Assembly: GCF_000829235.1 (NCBI RefSeq)
Contig: NZ_AP012549.1
Location: forward strand, 930,001-962,000
Direction of reading: 5' to 3'
DNA length: 32,000 nt
Source of the DNA: a cyanobacterium endosymbiont of Epithemia turgida isolate EtSB Lake Yunoko
GTDB lineage: Bacteria; Cyanobacteriota; Cyanobacteriia; Cyanobacteriales; Microcystaceae
Part shown: positions 1 through 8,679 of the stretch, piece after piece
Numbering within the stretch: the stretch's first letter is position 1
How the letters are laid out: every line of letters starts with the position of its first letter
Notes under the pieces: generated by a model
The model's input: only the letters and a program-made list of their open reading frames with translations
What the model was told of the DNA's origin: nothing
Databases searched by the model: none
Program-made: the position numbers and the translations under genes

Positions 1-658
1 AATCGGAAAAAGTCATGGAATTTAATAAAGATAGAAGTCAACTCACTTTTCCATAAAGGGAAATGATAAATCATAAGTTAGATTTATAGTTAGTTCTTCT
101 CATTACTAAATTAAATCTAATTGAGATAACATTTACTTTTTCTAGGGTTTTCTTACAATACTTTTATGTTATTCTATCTCAAATTTAGTTGTAGGGTTTC
201 CGTGTTTGAGCAAATATTTATGATATTGACCCTTTGCTTTTATTCAAACATGACAAAATCTTTTCTGTGTTAACTAGTATTTGAAGCCATTTCACTTCTG
301 GTTTAAGAAGTTTTCTTTTACTATCTATTTGAGTGTTAACTTGTTTAAGCAGGTTAAATATATCTGTTATTACTTCAGCTTATAGCATTAATTTGTTTGC
401 CGCAACATTACTAGAAGATTTATAAAGACTTAGCCAAACTTCTTAAATCTTGGTTAAAACTTTTTTCTTGCATACTTATAGCTATTTTACTATTTGTTTA
501 TATATTCTTTTTTCTCTAATTCTATGCTCACTTCTTCATTCTCTAATTACAACAATTTCATCTTCAATGGCTGAAATTTTTCACCTGCAATTTTTTACGT
601 ATATCATTGAGTGTTCTTTTGGTCTATTGTCTATCTACTTTATTTCTTTTGTCCACAT

Positions 659-738
659 TTTTAATATCATTATTTAAGAGATATTTAATCGCTTTTATCT
701 TATAACTTTCACCTCTTGAAAAATTAGCTCAACTCTTC
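659..738. repeat. Inverted repeat copy A (partner at 8567-8646)
   Basis: The reverse complement of 659-738 aligns without gaps to 8567-8646. By hand count 75 of 80 positions are identical. It lies in non-coding AT-rich DNA 3' of queF. Confidence 0.8.
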
Positions 739-907
739 TACAACAGAATTAACTCTCAATTATTAAACTTTACCAGAAGATCACAACATCTACTGCTCGA
801 TTTTTATTGAACAAACTTTTGTTCTGTCTTACGCGACCTAATCGAGGCATTCATAAGATTCTATTTTTATTACCTACTTCAATAAAGAAGCTAATCTTTT
901 TATGACT

Positions 908-1336
908 TTAACCTTTCTGTTTATGATGACAAACTTGAATAACAGTATGAACATTTCCCCTAGGATTAAAGTCTCCTTTTAATACTATTTCTAGTGGATC
1001 GCAAGCTACCACAAAATCGTCTAGGATTTGGTTGATTGATTCTTCATGAGAAATATAGAGATCACGGTAGCCATTAATATACAATTTTAATGCTTTTAAT
1101 TCAACCACTTTTTCATCGGGAATATAGGTTAAATAAAGGTTAGCAAAATCGGGATAACCAGAGAAGGGACACTTACAAGTAAACTCAGGTAAAGTAATAT
1201 TGATGTCATACCGTCGACCTGTACGAGGATTAGGAAAAGTGATTAATTTCCCTTCTTCAATAAACTGTTCCCCATATCTAATCGCCGAAGAATCAAACTT
1301 AAAATTAGAAGCTTGAGAATTAGTAACTTGATTCAT
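908..1336 (-). CDS. queF: NADPH-dependent 7-cyano-7-deazaguanine (preQ0) reductase, type I QueF
   Basis: 142-aa ORF with ATG start. It has a catalytic-Cys region ([13 protein letters not shown]) and a QueF motif (VELKALKLY). Length is typical of unimodular QueF. Confidence 0.9.
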   Translation of the reverse strand: MNQVTNSQASNFKFDSSAIRYGEQFIEEGKLITFPNPRTGRRYDINITLPEFTCKCPFSGYPDFANLYLTYIPDEKVVELKALKLYINGYRDLYISHEESINQILDDFVVACDPLEIVLKGDFNPRGNVHTVIQVCHHKQKG

Positions 1337-1383
1337 TATGCAAATACTCTTTTGAACTTACCTAATTTTCTTATTGTACACTA

Positions 1384-2691
1384 TCAACTATTAACTAGAG
1401 GTAACCAAACTATGAATTTAGTCCCCCTATTGTGTGTTTTATCAATAGGGGGACTAACAAGTTCAATCAATCCTTGCATCTGAGTAACTAAATCTTTAGC
1501 AATCGCCAAACCTAATCCACTTCCTGCAATCTCTCCTTTATCTTGAACCCCTCGATAATGACGCTCAAAAATATGTTCTTGATCTTCAACAGGAATACCG
1601 CACCCTGTATCTTGAATTACAACACCTTGATAACTTTTTCCATTAGTTATCGAGAGTAAACCAACTTGTAAAAATACTTGACCTCCCGATGGTGTATATT
1701 TAAGAGCGTTGTTAATAATATTACTAAAGATCTCTCTGAGTGCTTGAGGATCACCCCATATACAGGGTAAGTTCTCAAAGATATCGATTCTTAACTCAAT
1801 TGATCTTTCTTCGGCAATCGATTTAGCAGAAGTCAGCAATGGTTCTAATATTTCTGTAACCTGGATAGCTGATAAAAATGGAGATTGTTCTGAGCGCAAA
1901 GAACGAGTTGATTGAGTATCAAGAGTAACCACATCGTCTTTGAGAGAGTGCTTATCAACTTCAAATTTTTGGAGTAACTCTTGAAGGTGATTACTTTCTC
2001 GCACGATACTCTCTGTAATTGCCGTACCTTTTTCATCTGAATGCAACCGCTTAAGTAATAGTTTACTAAAGATTTGTAAGGCGGTTAACGGGTTACGCAA
2101 TTGATGAAATAAATCATCGAGGCGATTTTGTTCTTGTTGTTGTAATGTTTGCTGTTGACTCAATTGTTCTTGATACCATTGTTGATGGCTATCTAATAAA
2201 CGAGCTATCGCTAGGGTTTGAGCAATGGTTTCAATTTGTTCTAATTCTGACTGTTGCCAGGGATAATTTTTACGTTGAGTTACTAATAATCCTACTACGA
2301 TATCTTTATACATCAAAGGTAAGACGAGTTGATAGGGATTGCTTATAGTTGTTTTATTCTCATCAATAATTTTGTGATCACCTTCAAAATTAGTATTCAA
2401 AGATTTCGATAGTTTAAGAGGGTTAGCTATCGGTAAACTGATAGAATTGTTTAGAATTTTTTCTACCTTAGGCAAACTTAAATTAACATTTTTTCTGCTG
2501 TAAAATTCACGGTTTTGCGGAACAAACAAGAGGGGAATCAAACTCATCTGTGTTTCTTCTTCTCTTTCTTGGGTCAGATAAATTCCACTCCAATTAGCCT
2601 TCAGTCCTTGAGTTAACAACGTGATTTGAGCTTGACATAAAGTAATGAATTCTTGACTTGGTGTTACCAAAGTATAAGCAGCAGAGGACAT
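1384..2691 (-). CDS. Soluble sensor histidine kinase (GAF-like N-terminus + HisKA + HATPase_c); architecture resembles cyanobacterial Hik2/CSK
   Basis: 435 aa. H-box FHQLRNPLTAL, N-box NIINNALKYT, G1 DTGCGI, G2 GSGLGLAIAK. No obvious transmembrane (TM) segment. The Hik2 assignment is from memory of the architecture only. Confidence 0.85.
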   Translation of the reverse strand: MSSAAYTLVTPSQEFITLCQAQITLLTQGLKANWSGIYLTQEREEETQMSLIPLLFVPQNREFYSRKNVNLSLPKVEKILNNSISLPIANPLKLSKSLNTNFEGDHKIIDENKTTISNPYQLVLPLMYKDIVVGLLVTQRKNYPWQQSELEQIETIAQTLAIARLLDSHQQWYQEQLSQQQTLQQQEQNRLDDLFHQLRNPLTALQIFSKLLLKRLHSDEKGTAITESIVRESNHLQELLQKFEVDKHSLKDDVVTLDTQSTRSLRSEQSPFLSAIQVTEILEPLLTSAKSIAEERSIELRIDIFENLPCIWGDPQALREIFSNIINNALKYTPSGGQVFLQVGLLSITNGKSYQGVVIQDTGCGIPVEDQEHIFERHYRGVQDKGEIAGSGLGLAIAKDLVTQMQGLIELVSPPIDKTHNRGTKFIVWLPLVNS

Positions 2692-2836
2692 AAGGGATTT
2701 AATCCATCAAGTTATAAAGTTTTGTTAAGCAAATAACTTTTAATCATTTCGTAATTTTTCTTTAAGTTTAGCGAAATATATTGATTATTGAAGCCTTCTG
2801 ACTCTAATAAATCTACTAAAATGCGAACAAAGGCTC

Positions 2837-2865
2837 TTGATTTCCTAAGTTAAACTAGATATAAT
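2837..2865 (+). promoter_or_regulatory. Candidate sigma70-type promoter (TTGATT - 17 nt - TATAAT)
   Basis: TTGATT at 2837-2842, a 17-nt spacer, then TATAAT at 2860-2865, directly upstream of the GC-rich island. Matches like this can arise by chance in AT-rich DNA. Confidence 0.4.
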
Positions 2866-2922
2866 AACCTCAACTTTTGTAACGATGATTACAGCATGTA
2901 TCCAGAATGGGAGGTAATCGGG

Positions 2923-3252
2923 TTGGCAAGAAAACGTAAGCGTAAGAGTCGTCGCCGTCAAGAAGGTCGTAGGATTCTCGAGATTGTACCCCAGTATAGT
3001 ATCGAAAGTGGTGAAGATAAACCAGTGACAGCCGCGAGAAAGCATATTGGGGCAGTCGGGATCCAACCTCCGGCTTTGCTAATTGTAAGACGAAACGAGC
3101 ACACAACGGATAGATACTTTTGGGCGGAAAAGGGTTTGTTCGGTGCCCAGTATGTTGAAGAAAATCATTTTCTCTTTCCCAGTTTGCGAGAATTCCAGCC
3201 TCCTGTGCTGAGTAGAGTTCCCGCAGTGATGACCGCTGGAACTGATCGTTAA
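2923..3252 (+). CDS. Small, highly basic conserved hypothetical protein (MARKRKRKSRRRQEGRR...RYFWAEKGLFGAQYVEENHFLFPSL...); possibly a cyanobacteria-restricted DUF family (DUF3155-like, from memory, unverified)
   Basis: The frame is open over 2854-3252. TTG at 2923 lies 8 nt after GGGAGG (2909-2914), whereas the ATG at 2896 used by the ORF track has no SD. About 34% of codons start with G by hand count, which is gene-like. A promoter lies upstream and a hairpin plus T9 downstream on the same strand. Strand choice over the antisense 143-aa ORF is argued, not proven. Confidence 0.55.
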   Translation: MARKRKRKSRRRQEGRRILEIVPQYSIESGEDKPVTAARKHIGAVGIQPPALLIVRRNEHTTDRYFWAEKGLFGAQYVEENHFLFPSLREFQPPVLSRVPAVMTAGTDR

Positions 3253-3298
3253 TGAACAAGTAAGATCGCTGACTCTTGTCTAATAAAGTTTTAAATCC

Positions 3299-3361
3299 CA
3301 TTTCCCATTCTAAACATCATGTAGATTGGGAAATGTCTTGTTGCAATTGCAATTTTTTTTT
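3299..3361 (+). terminator. Candidate intrinsic terminator region (two hairpins followed by T9)
   Basis: A 9-bp stem pairs catttccca (3299-3307) with tgggaaatg (3327-3335). It is followed by the self-complementary ttgcaattgcaa (3341-3352) and a T-run at 3353-3361. The second stem is short and weak. Confidence 0.4.
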
Positions 3362-3914
3362 AAGGATTGCAAGCAGATTTCAAAAAGTCCACTTTTTGTA
3401 GCTGAGCTAGTTCGTCTCGATGAGCTGTTACTATGACTAAACTCTGCATGTTCTCATCCGGTTGTGACTCGTTATGTTCTGATATCATTTTAACTTCGAG
3501 CAAGACTTTTTCGACACGTCCTGACTTCTTCCAATAAAAGAGCCCAGCAACTGGACATAAGAGAATTAGTCTCAGAAATAATAAAGTCAACGAAGGATAT
3601 AAAAAAGATAGAACTAAGGAGAAACAAAATAATCCGATAGCTGTTAACCCACTCAGAAAAATAGTCAGGAAGCAACTAGGACTAACAAAACCTTCAAAAG
3701 TCATAGTCTGGTGTTGGAGATCAACAGAAGTAATGTGATAAGCACGTTGAGTAAAATATACTTGTAGTTGACTTAAAAGCTGATCGATAGACTCTCGTGG
3801 GGTTAGTTTGATTTGTTCGGTGCGATCTTTAGTAGATGCGCGGATAAAAAAGAACAAACCCATCATTAACAAAAGAGTCAGAAAAAAAGTGGAGCTAAGA
3901 ACAGGGAGATCCAC
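3360..3914 (-). CDS. Membrane protein, CCB1-like (cofactor assembly of complex C / cytochrome b6 heme ci attachment family)
   Basis: 184 aa with GTG start. N-terminal TM followed by FIRASTKDRTE, then two or three further TM segments. Family assignment is from memory of cyanobacterial 'cofactor assembly of complex C subunit B' proteins. Confidence 0.6.
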   Translation of the reverse strand: MDLPVLSSTFFLTLLLMMGLFFFIRASTKDRTEQIKLTPRESIDQLLSQLQVYFTQRAYHITSVDLQHQTMTFEGFVSPSCFLTIFLSGLTAIGLFCFSLVLSFLYPSLTLLFLRLILLCPVAGLFYWKKSGRVEKVLLEVKMISEHNESQPDENMQSLVIVTAHRDELAQLQKVDFLKSACNP

Positions 3915-3998
3915 AAAGTTAAGAGGTAGGTTGGTTATCCGAATAATCGATTACAATAAACTATTATTTATGTAGATACTTATTTAGACAATAAAAGT

Positions 3999-4394
3999 TC
4001 AAAGCTTTTCTTGGAATTCCTGGACCTCGTAGGTATAAAACTTCTGGAAAGCTCCTATTGTGCCAAATTCATAACTGGGGACTGGAAAAGGCAACAATAA
4101 TTCAGTTTCGTAGATACTAAACAGAAGATAATTTCGCCGAATAGTCTCTTTAGCAATCACTTTTTCAATTTGTGGTCGTCCTGTATCTATTAGAGTTTTA
4201 CAATAGCTTTGCAAGAAGCCTCCTAATTGTTGAGGGGCTTTGGGGCAAACTTCTTGTTTTAAATATTCAGTGATGGCATCAGTAGCATAGTGTTCATAGT
4301 CATTCTGTCCAGGATTGCTTATCACCATTAAAACACTAATTCCAGCTAACGCAACTCCCCCGACCGTATTCACCAACTGTAACACTTCCATCAC
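3999..4394 (-). CDS. Conserved cyanobacterial hypothetical protein with N-terminal TM (DUF4359-like)
   Basis: 131 aa. N-terminal hydrophobic segment, then NPGQNDYEHYATDAITEYLKQEVC. The DUF label is from memory. Confidence 0.6.
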   Translation of the reverse strand: MMEVLQLVNTVGGVALAGISVLMVISNPGQNDYEHYATDAITEYLKQEVCPKAPQQLGGFLQSYCKTLIDTGRPQIEKVIAKETIRRNYLLFSIYETELLLPFPVPSYEFGTIGAFQKFYTYEVQEFQEKL

Positions 4395-4466
4395 TTTTTT
4401 GGTTACTTAACTTGCTTAACTATTAGGATAACTTAGTTTAGACGATCATGAAACAAACAAAAAGTA

Positions 4467-4475
4467 TGTTATAAT
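4467..4475 (+). promoter_or_regulatory. Extended -10 element (TGTTATAAT) upstream of tRNA-His
   Basis: TGnTATAAT at 4467-4475, 16 nt upstream of the tRNA 5' end. No convincing -35 element. Confidence 0.35.
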
Positions 4476-4490
4476 AAACATCGAGTTTAT

Positions 4491-4564
4491 GGCGAGCGTA
4501 GCCAAGTGGTTAAGGCAGCGGTTTGTGGTACCGCCATTCGTGGGTTCAAGTCCCATCGTTCGCC
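4491..4564 (+). tRNA. tRNA-His (anticodon GTG) with genome-encoded G-1
   Basis: Hand-folded cloverleaf. Acceptor stem GCGAGCG/CGTTCGC, with an extra 5' G (4491) opposite discriminator C73. Anticodon stem GCGGT/ACCGC with loop TTGTGGT. T-arm GTGGG-TTCAAGT-CCCAT. No encoded CCA. Confidence 0.9.
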
Positions 4565-4621
4565 CTGGTTTATATAGTTCTTTGTCTTTTTATTCCAATC
4601 CAGGATGTGCTATCTTCTAAT

Positions 4622-5176
4622 TTAGGGGAAATGATTGCCTAGTTGGTAGAAACGAAGTCTACCGAGTCCAAGATATAACCCCAGAGGGTTTTCTCCTTTT
4701 GGATAAGCAATAAGACTGAATAAATAGACTCCTGCTAACTCAGGATTTTGTTGAGGTTTTAGTCCTACAGTAAAAGTTGTTCCCGGAGCAATAGGGTAAT
4801 CGAAGATGAAAGTAATAGCTTCATTATCTAAATTTCTTTTTATACGAGCAATGGTTAAAGACTTGCCTCGATTAATCAGTTTTCCCTCAAAAGCAAAGGT
4901 TTCGTCTAAATAATAGTTAATAATTTGGTTTGTTTTAACTTGTTGCAGTGTTAATTTTTCAAGGGGTTCTCCAACGTCATTTCCCAACTCGATTGTAAAG
5001 TAATACTTTGCCCCCTTCACCCTAATGCCACTCGACGTTGTGATTGCATTAACTAAACGAGGTGACTTATTAAACATAGTCGTTCCATTCCCTAATTCCA
5101 TCGCCAGGACAGGGAAAACACTAAGGGTTAGTATACTTGCTATTTCTAAGATAGGTTTAAAACTGATGTAGCCCAT
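4622..5176 (-). CDS. Secreted/periplasmic conserved cyanobacterial protein (DUF2808-like)
   Basis: 184 aa with an N-terminal signal-like hydrophobic segment. The C-terminal region PIAPGTTFTVGLKPQQNPELAGVYLFSLIAYP...GLGRLRFY matches my memory of DUF2808. Confidence 0.6.
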   Translation of the reverse strand: MGYISFKPILEIASILTLSVFPVLAMELGNGTTMFNKSPRLVNAITTSSGIRVKGAKYYFTIELGNDVGEPLEKLTLQQVKTNQIINYYLDETFAFEGKLINRGKSLTIARIKRNLDNEAITFIFDYPIAPGTTFTVGLKPQQNPELAGVYLFSLIAYPKGENPLGLYLGLGRLRFYQLGNHFP

Positions 5177-5208
5177 TGATGAAATCTAAGTTAGGTTTAA
5201 ATTTGCCC

Positions 5209-5236
5209 GTACAGGTCAGTCACCTTTGACCTGTAC
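5209..5236 (-). terminator. Stem-loop between pnp and the downstream gene (possible terminator or processing site)
   Basis: A 9-bp stem (gtacaggtc / gacctgtac) with a 10-nt loop, 22 nt after the pnp stop. No clear U-run follows on the minus strand. Confidence 0.3.
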
Positions 5237-5257
5237 ACTAGAGTTTAGGATTGATCC

Positions 5258-7414
5258 TTAGACAGGAACTGCTGCTTGGCGGGCTGCTGCTGCTTCATCA
5301 GGATGAATACCCAATCGAGTTAAGTTAAGGCGGCCTTTGCTATCGATTTCTCGGACTTTGACCACGACTTCATCGCCTACAGCGACTTCATCCTCTACCT
5401 TCCCTACACGCCCTTCGGCTAATTGAGAAATATGAATCATGCCTTCTTTACCGGGAAGCACTTCGACAAAAGCCCCAATTTGAATAATACGGGTAACGCG
5501 ACCGGCATAAACTTCACCTTCATTAAGTTTGCGGGTCATATTGTAAATAATTTGCTTAGCCTTCTCAGCTTTCTCGGCTTCGAGTGCCGCAATGGTTACC
5601 GTTCCATCATCAGCAATATCAATTTTAGAACCAGTTTGTTCGGTAATACCTTTAATAGTTTTTCCCCCAGGTCCGATCACTAATCCAATCATATCGGGAT
5701 CGATTTTCATAGTTAGTAGACGAGGAGCATAGGGAGATAGATTCGTCCGGGGTTTATCAATGGTGGTCAAAATTCTATCAAGAATATGTAATCGAGCTGG
5801 AAGAGCTTGTTCAATGGCTTTTGCCACCACCTCTATAGGCAGTCCGGTAATTTTCATATCCATTTGTAGAGCTGTGATACCGTTATCAGTGCCGGCTACT
5901 TTGAAGTCCATATCGCCCAAAAAGTCTTCAATCCCTTGAATATCGGTTAGAATACGAACTTCATTCCCTTTCTTAATGAGTCCCATGGCTACACCACTAA
6001 CTGGTTTCGTAATGGGAACCCCTGCATCCATTAATGCTAAGGTTGAACCACAAACTGATCCCATAGATGTAGAACCATTAGAAGATAGCACCTCCGACAC
6101 TACGCGAATCACATAGGGAAACTCTTCTTTCGGGGGAAGAATAGGGGTTATTGCCCGTTCTGCCAAAGCTCCATGTCCAATTTCTCGGCGGCCAGGGGAA
6201 CGCATGGGTTTAGTTTCACCCACAGAGAAAGGAGGAAAATTATAGTGATGCAGGTAACGTTTTTCGTCTTCGGGATGGAGATCATCAGCGAGATCTTGGG
6301 CATCCCCTGGGGTTCCTAAAGTAACAAGGGATAACACTTGCGTTAATCCCCGTCTGAATAAACCACTTCCATGAACCCGTTGGGGTAATAAACCAATCTG
6401 AGAGGAAATAGGACGCACTTCATCAAGTTTGCGACCATCAACGCGAACCCCTTCATTAACAATCTGAGAGCGCATTAATTCTTTGGTCAAATCTTTGTAC
6501 AATTTTCCTATAGATTTTAGGTCTTCAGTGGTGGACACCTTAATTGGGTCTTCTTTCGGCAATTCGGCGATAACCTTGTTAATTTTGCTTTCTTTAATCT
6601 CATCAAGACATTTATCTCGACCACTTTTATCGAGGTCGTATTGTGTTAATACCTTTTTAATTGATTCCGAGGCGTGATCGCGAATAAATGCTTCAACTGC
6701 TTCATTGACTAACGGTGGTTCCTCGGTAGTTAATTCGAGTTCTAATGCTTCCATCACATCCCATTGAGCTTGAATAAGATCCCGCACTGCTTCATAACCA
6801 AAGTCAATTGCTTCGATGATATCTTGTTCTGGAAGTTGATTGGCTCCTGCTTCGACCATCACTACTCCATCAGGACTTCCAGCCACTACGAGATCTAAGT
6901 CTCCTGTGTCTATTTCCCGATAAGTGGGATTAATAATAAAATCATCTCCAATTAACCCAACTCTAACGGCGGCCATTGGACCAAAAAAGGGAATTTTTGC
7001 GGCAATTATCGCAATTGACGAACCTGTGACTGCAAGAACGTCGGGGGGAACTTCTTCATCCATCGAAAGGGTCGTAGCAATAATTTGTATATCATCGCGT
7101 ATCCAGTTGGGGAACAGAGGACGTATAGGACGATCAATTAAGCGGCTAATGAGAATAGCTTTTTCAGGGGGACGACCTTCTCGTCGCAAAAAACCACCGG
7201 GAATACGCCCTGCGGCATACAGTCTTTCTTCGTAATCTACGGTTAGAGGAAGAAAATCAATTCCTTCTCTCCCTACTGTTCTTGTTGCAGTTACCAAAAC
7301 TACCGTGTCTCCAGATTGAATTAAAACGGCTCCCCCTGCTTGCGGGGCCAGTAGTCCCAACTTGAGCCGAATATCCCGTCCGTCAAAAGATATTGACTTG
7401 TCAAACTCTTGCAT
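5258..7414 (-). CDS. pnp: Polyribonucleotide nucleotidyltransferase (PNPase)
   Basis: 718 aa. Two RNase PH-like halves, a KH GXXG motif (IGPGGKTIK) and a C-terminal S1 domain ([20 protein letters not shown]). Confidence 0.97.
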   Translation of the reverse strand: MQEFDKSISFDGRDIRLKLGLLAPQAGGAVLIQSGDTVVLVTATRTVGREGIDFLPLTVDYEERLYAAGRIPGGFLRREGRPPEKAILISRLIDRPIRPLFPNWIRDDIQIIATTLSMDEEVPPDVLAVTGSSIAIIAAKIPFFGPMAAVRVGLIGDDFIINPTYREIDTGDLDLVVAGSPDGVVMVEAGANQLPEQDIIEAIDFGYEAVRDLIQAQWDVMEALELELTTEEPPLVNEAVEAFIRDHASESIKKVLTQYDLDKSGRDKCLDEIKESKINKVIAELPKEDPIKVSTTEDLKSIGKLYKDLTKELMRSQIVNEGVRVDGRKLDEVRPISSQIGLLPQRVHGSGLFRRGLTQVLSLVTLGTPGDAQDLADDLHPEDEKRYLHHYNFPPFSVGETKPMRSPGRREIGHGALAERAITPILPPKEEFPYVIRVVSEVLSSNGSTSMGSVCGSTLALMDAGVPITKPVSGVAMGLIKKGNEVRILTDIQGIEDFLGDMDFKVAGTDNGITALQMDMKITGLPIEVVAKAIEQALPARLHILDRILTTIDKPRTNLSPYAPRLLTMKIDPDMIGLVIGPGGKTIKGITEQTGSKIDIADDGTVTIAALEAEKAEKAKQIIYNMTRKLNEGEVYAGRVTRIIQIGAFVEVLPGKEGMIHISQLAEGRVGKVEDEVAVGDEVVVKVREIDSKGRLNLTRLGIHPDEAAAARQAAVPV

Positions 7415-8566
7415 GTAGCGTTTTTTCCTTTTTTTATCGCGTTTCTTCTTCTAGAGCAATCCTAACATTTTTAGTTCACTCTCGCTGATTTCTCTGCTAC
7501 ATATATTCTATATTTTGATAGTGTAGAAAATATGGTGCCACGAAAGTTTATAAAAAAAATATACGAATATTTTTCTGTTTAGTAAAAAATTTTAAAGATT
7601 TAAATTAAATTGCAATTGATAAGTGTTAGAAACAATATTAATAATTAAAATTTTAAGCTAAAAAATGTAGCGATAAATCATGTTATTTTGAGAAAATATT
7701 TTTTCAAAATCTATACTTTTAACTTAAATTTTTAATTATTAATAAAGTATTTCAAACTCCTGCGTAAGCTTATCACTTCTAGTGATTTTCAAAAATTATA
7801 TTATGTAATTTTAAATCAGAAGCAATATTACTGCATAATAGTAAACGTCAAAAATGATAGTAGCAACATTAAAGATTCTATTAGGGAATAAAAAAATAAA
7901 TTTTTGAAAATTGGATATATTTAAACTTTCTGTTCCTTACGCAATGAATATAGACATAATCTTTTGGTACTTAAATTTATTGTTAACTACTTTTATAATA
8001 TAAATATTAATGGAAAATCATGTCCTCCGTAATAGTTACAGTAACAATTTTAATTAAACTAGTTTATACCTATTTTTAGTACATGTATTTCAGTACATAT
8101 AATATAGACAATGTATATTAAAATTAATACTTATGTTTTTATTGACTGACTAAATTTATCATGTAAAAAATAATCTAAAAGTAGAGTGTTATTGTGGATA
8201 ATTAATAATATAAAAATTATCTTTCTTGTATGGTAAATATTGTAGTATCTCTCTTGAGAGAATCAAGGTATTTAAGTAAAATCACTTATTTAATTTAAAT
8301 TCTAAACAAAACCCTCAATTTAATCAATAAAAATTAATCCTAAAAATAACCAATTATAATTATTGTTACGTTAACATAGAAATAAATTAGTATATGTTGT
8401 ATAAAAATACTAAATAACAATTTATATTTATTGTGATTTAACTATTAGTAAAAATTATTAAATTCATGAATTAATTATGAGAGATTTGTCTGGAGCAGAG
8501 AAAGCCGTCTATCTTAAGATAGATTGTCATCAAATGAACTATAATTAGTGTGCAAATACATTCAAT
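7415..8566. other. Ultra-AT-rich non-coding spacer (about 1.15 kb)
   Basis: The supplied ORF track has no ORF here on either strand. One 60-nt line (8341-8400) counted by hand has 10 G/C (17%). Confidence 0.7.
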
Positions 8567-8646
8567 GAAGAGTTGAGCTAATTTTTCAAGAAGTAAAAAT
8601 TATAAGATAAAAGCTATTAAATATATCTTAAATAATGATATTAAAA
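8567..8646. repeat. Inverted repeat copy B (partner at 659-738)
   Basis: See copy A. At all five mismatches this copy carries A/T where copy A carries G/C. It lies 33 bp 3' of the hdrB-like pseudogene. Confidence 0.8.
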
Positions 8647-8679
8647 TTTGGTTAATAAAATATTACCTTAATAAGTTAA

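Noticed and set aside
236-470. Minus-strand open stretch (about 53 codons, AEVITDIFNLLKQVNTQIDSKRKLLKPEVKWLQ...) preceded by an in-frame stop
   Set aside because: It could be a gene remnant. However, my rough estimate is that one such open stretch is expected by chance in this amount of AT-rich DNA, and it has no recognisable motif.
450-677. 75-aa ORF on the + strand
   Set aside because: It lies in a strongly T/C-rich, low-complexity stretch where stop codons are rare by composition. The peptide is repetitive and hydrophobic with no SD. The 3' end overlaps repeat copy A. It is likely spurious.
2870-3301. 143-aa minus-strand ORF (and the nested 73-aa ORF 2845-3066), the longest ORFs over the GC-rich island
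   Set aside because: They are probably shadow ORFs of the + strand gene. First-position G is lower (about 22%), and there is no convincing promoter or -35 element. The SD (GGGAGG), promoter and terminator all lie on the + strand. This is not fully excluded; see the finding.
2870-3361. tmRNA or RNase P RNA, suggested by the size (about 400-490 nt) and elevated GC
   Set aside because: I searched both strands by eye for RNase P CR-I/CR-IV/CR-V motifs, and for a tmRNA acceptor/T-arm with CCA end and an Ala-rich tag ORF. I found only fuzzy partial matches. Simultaneous stop-free frames also argue for a coding region.
8508-8523. 16-bp perfect palindrome tctatcttaagataga next to repeat copy B
   Set aside because: With this AT content, about one 8+8 palindrome is expected by chance in the spacer DNA of this window. 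No second copy lies next to repeat copy A.
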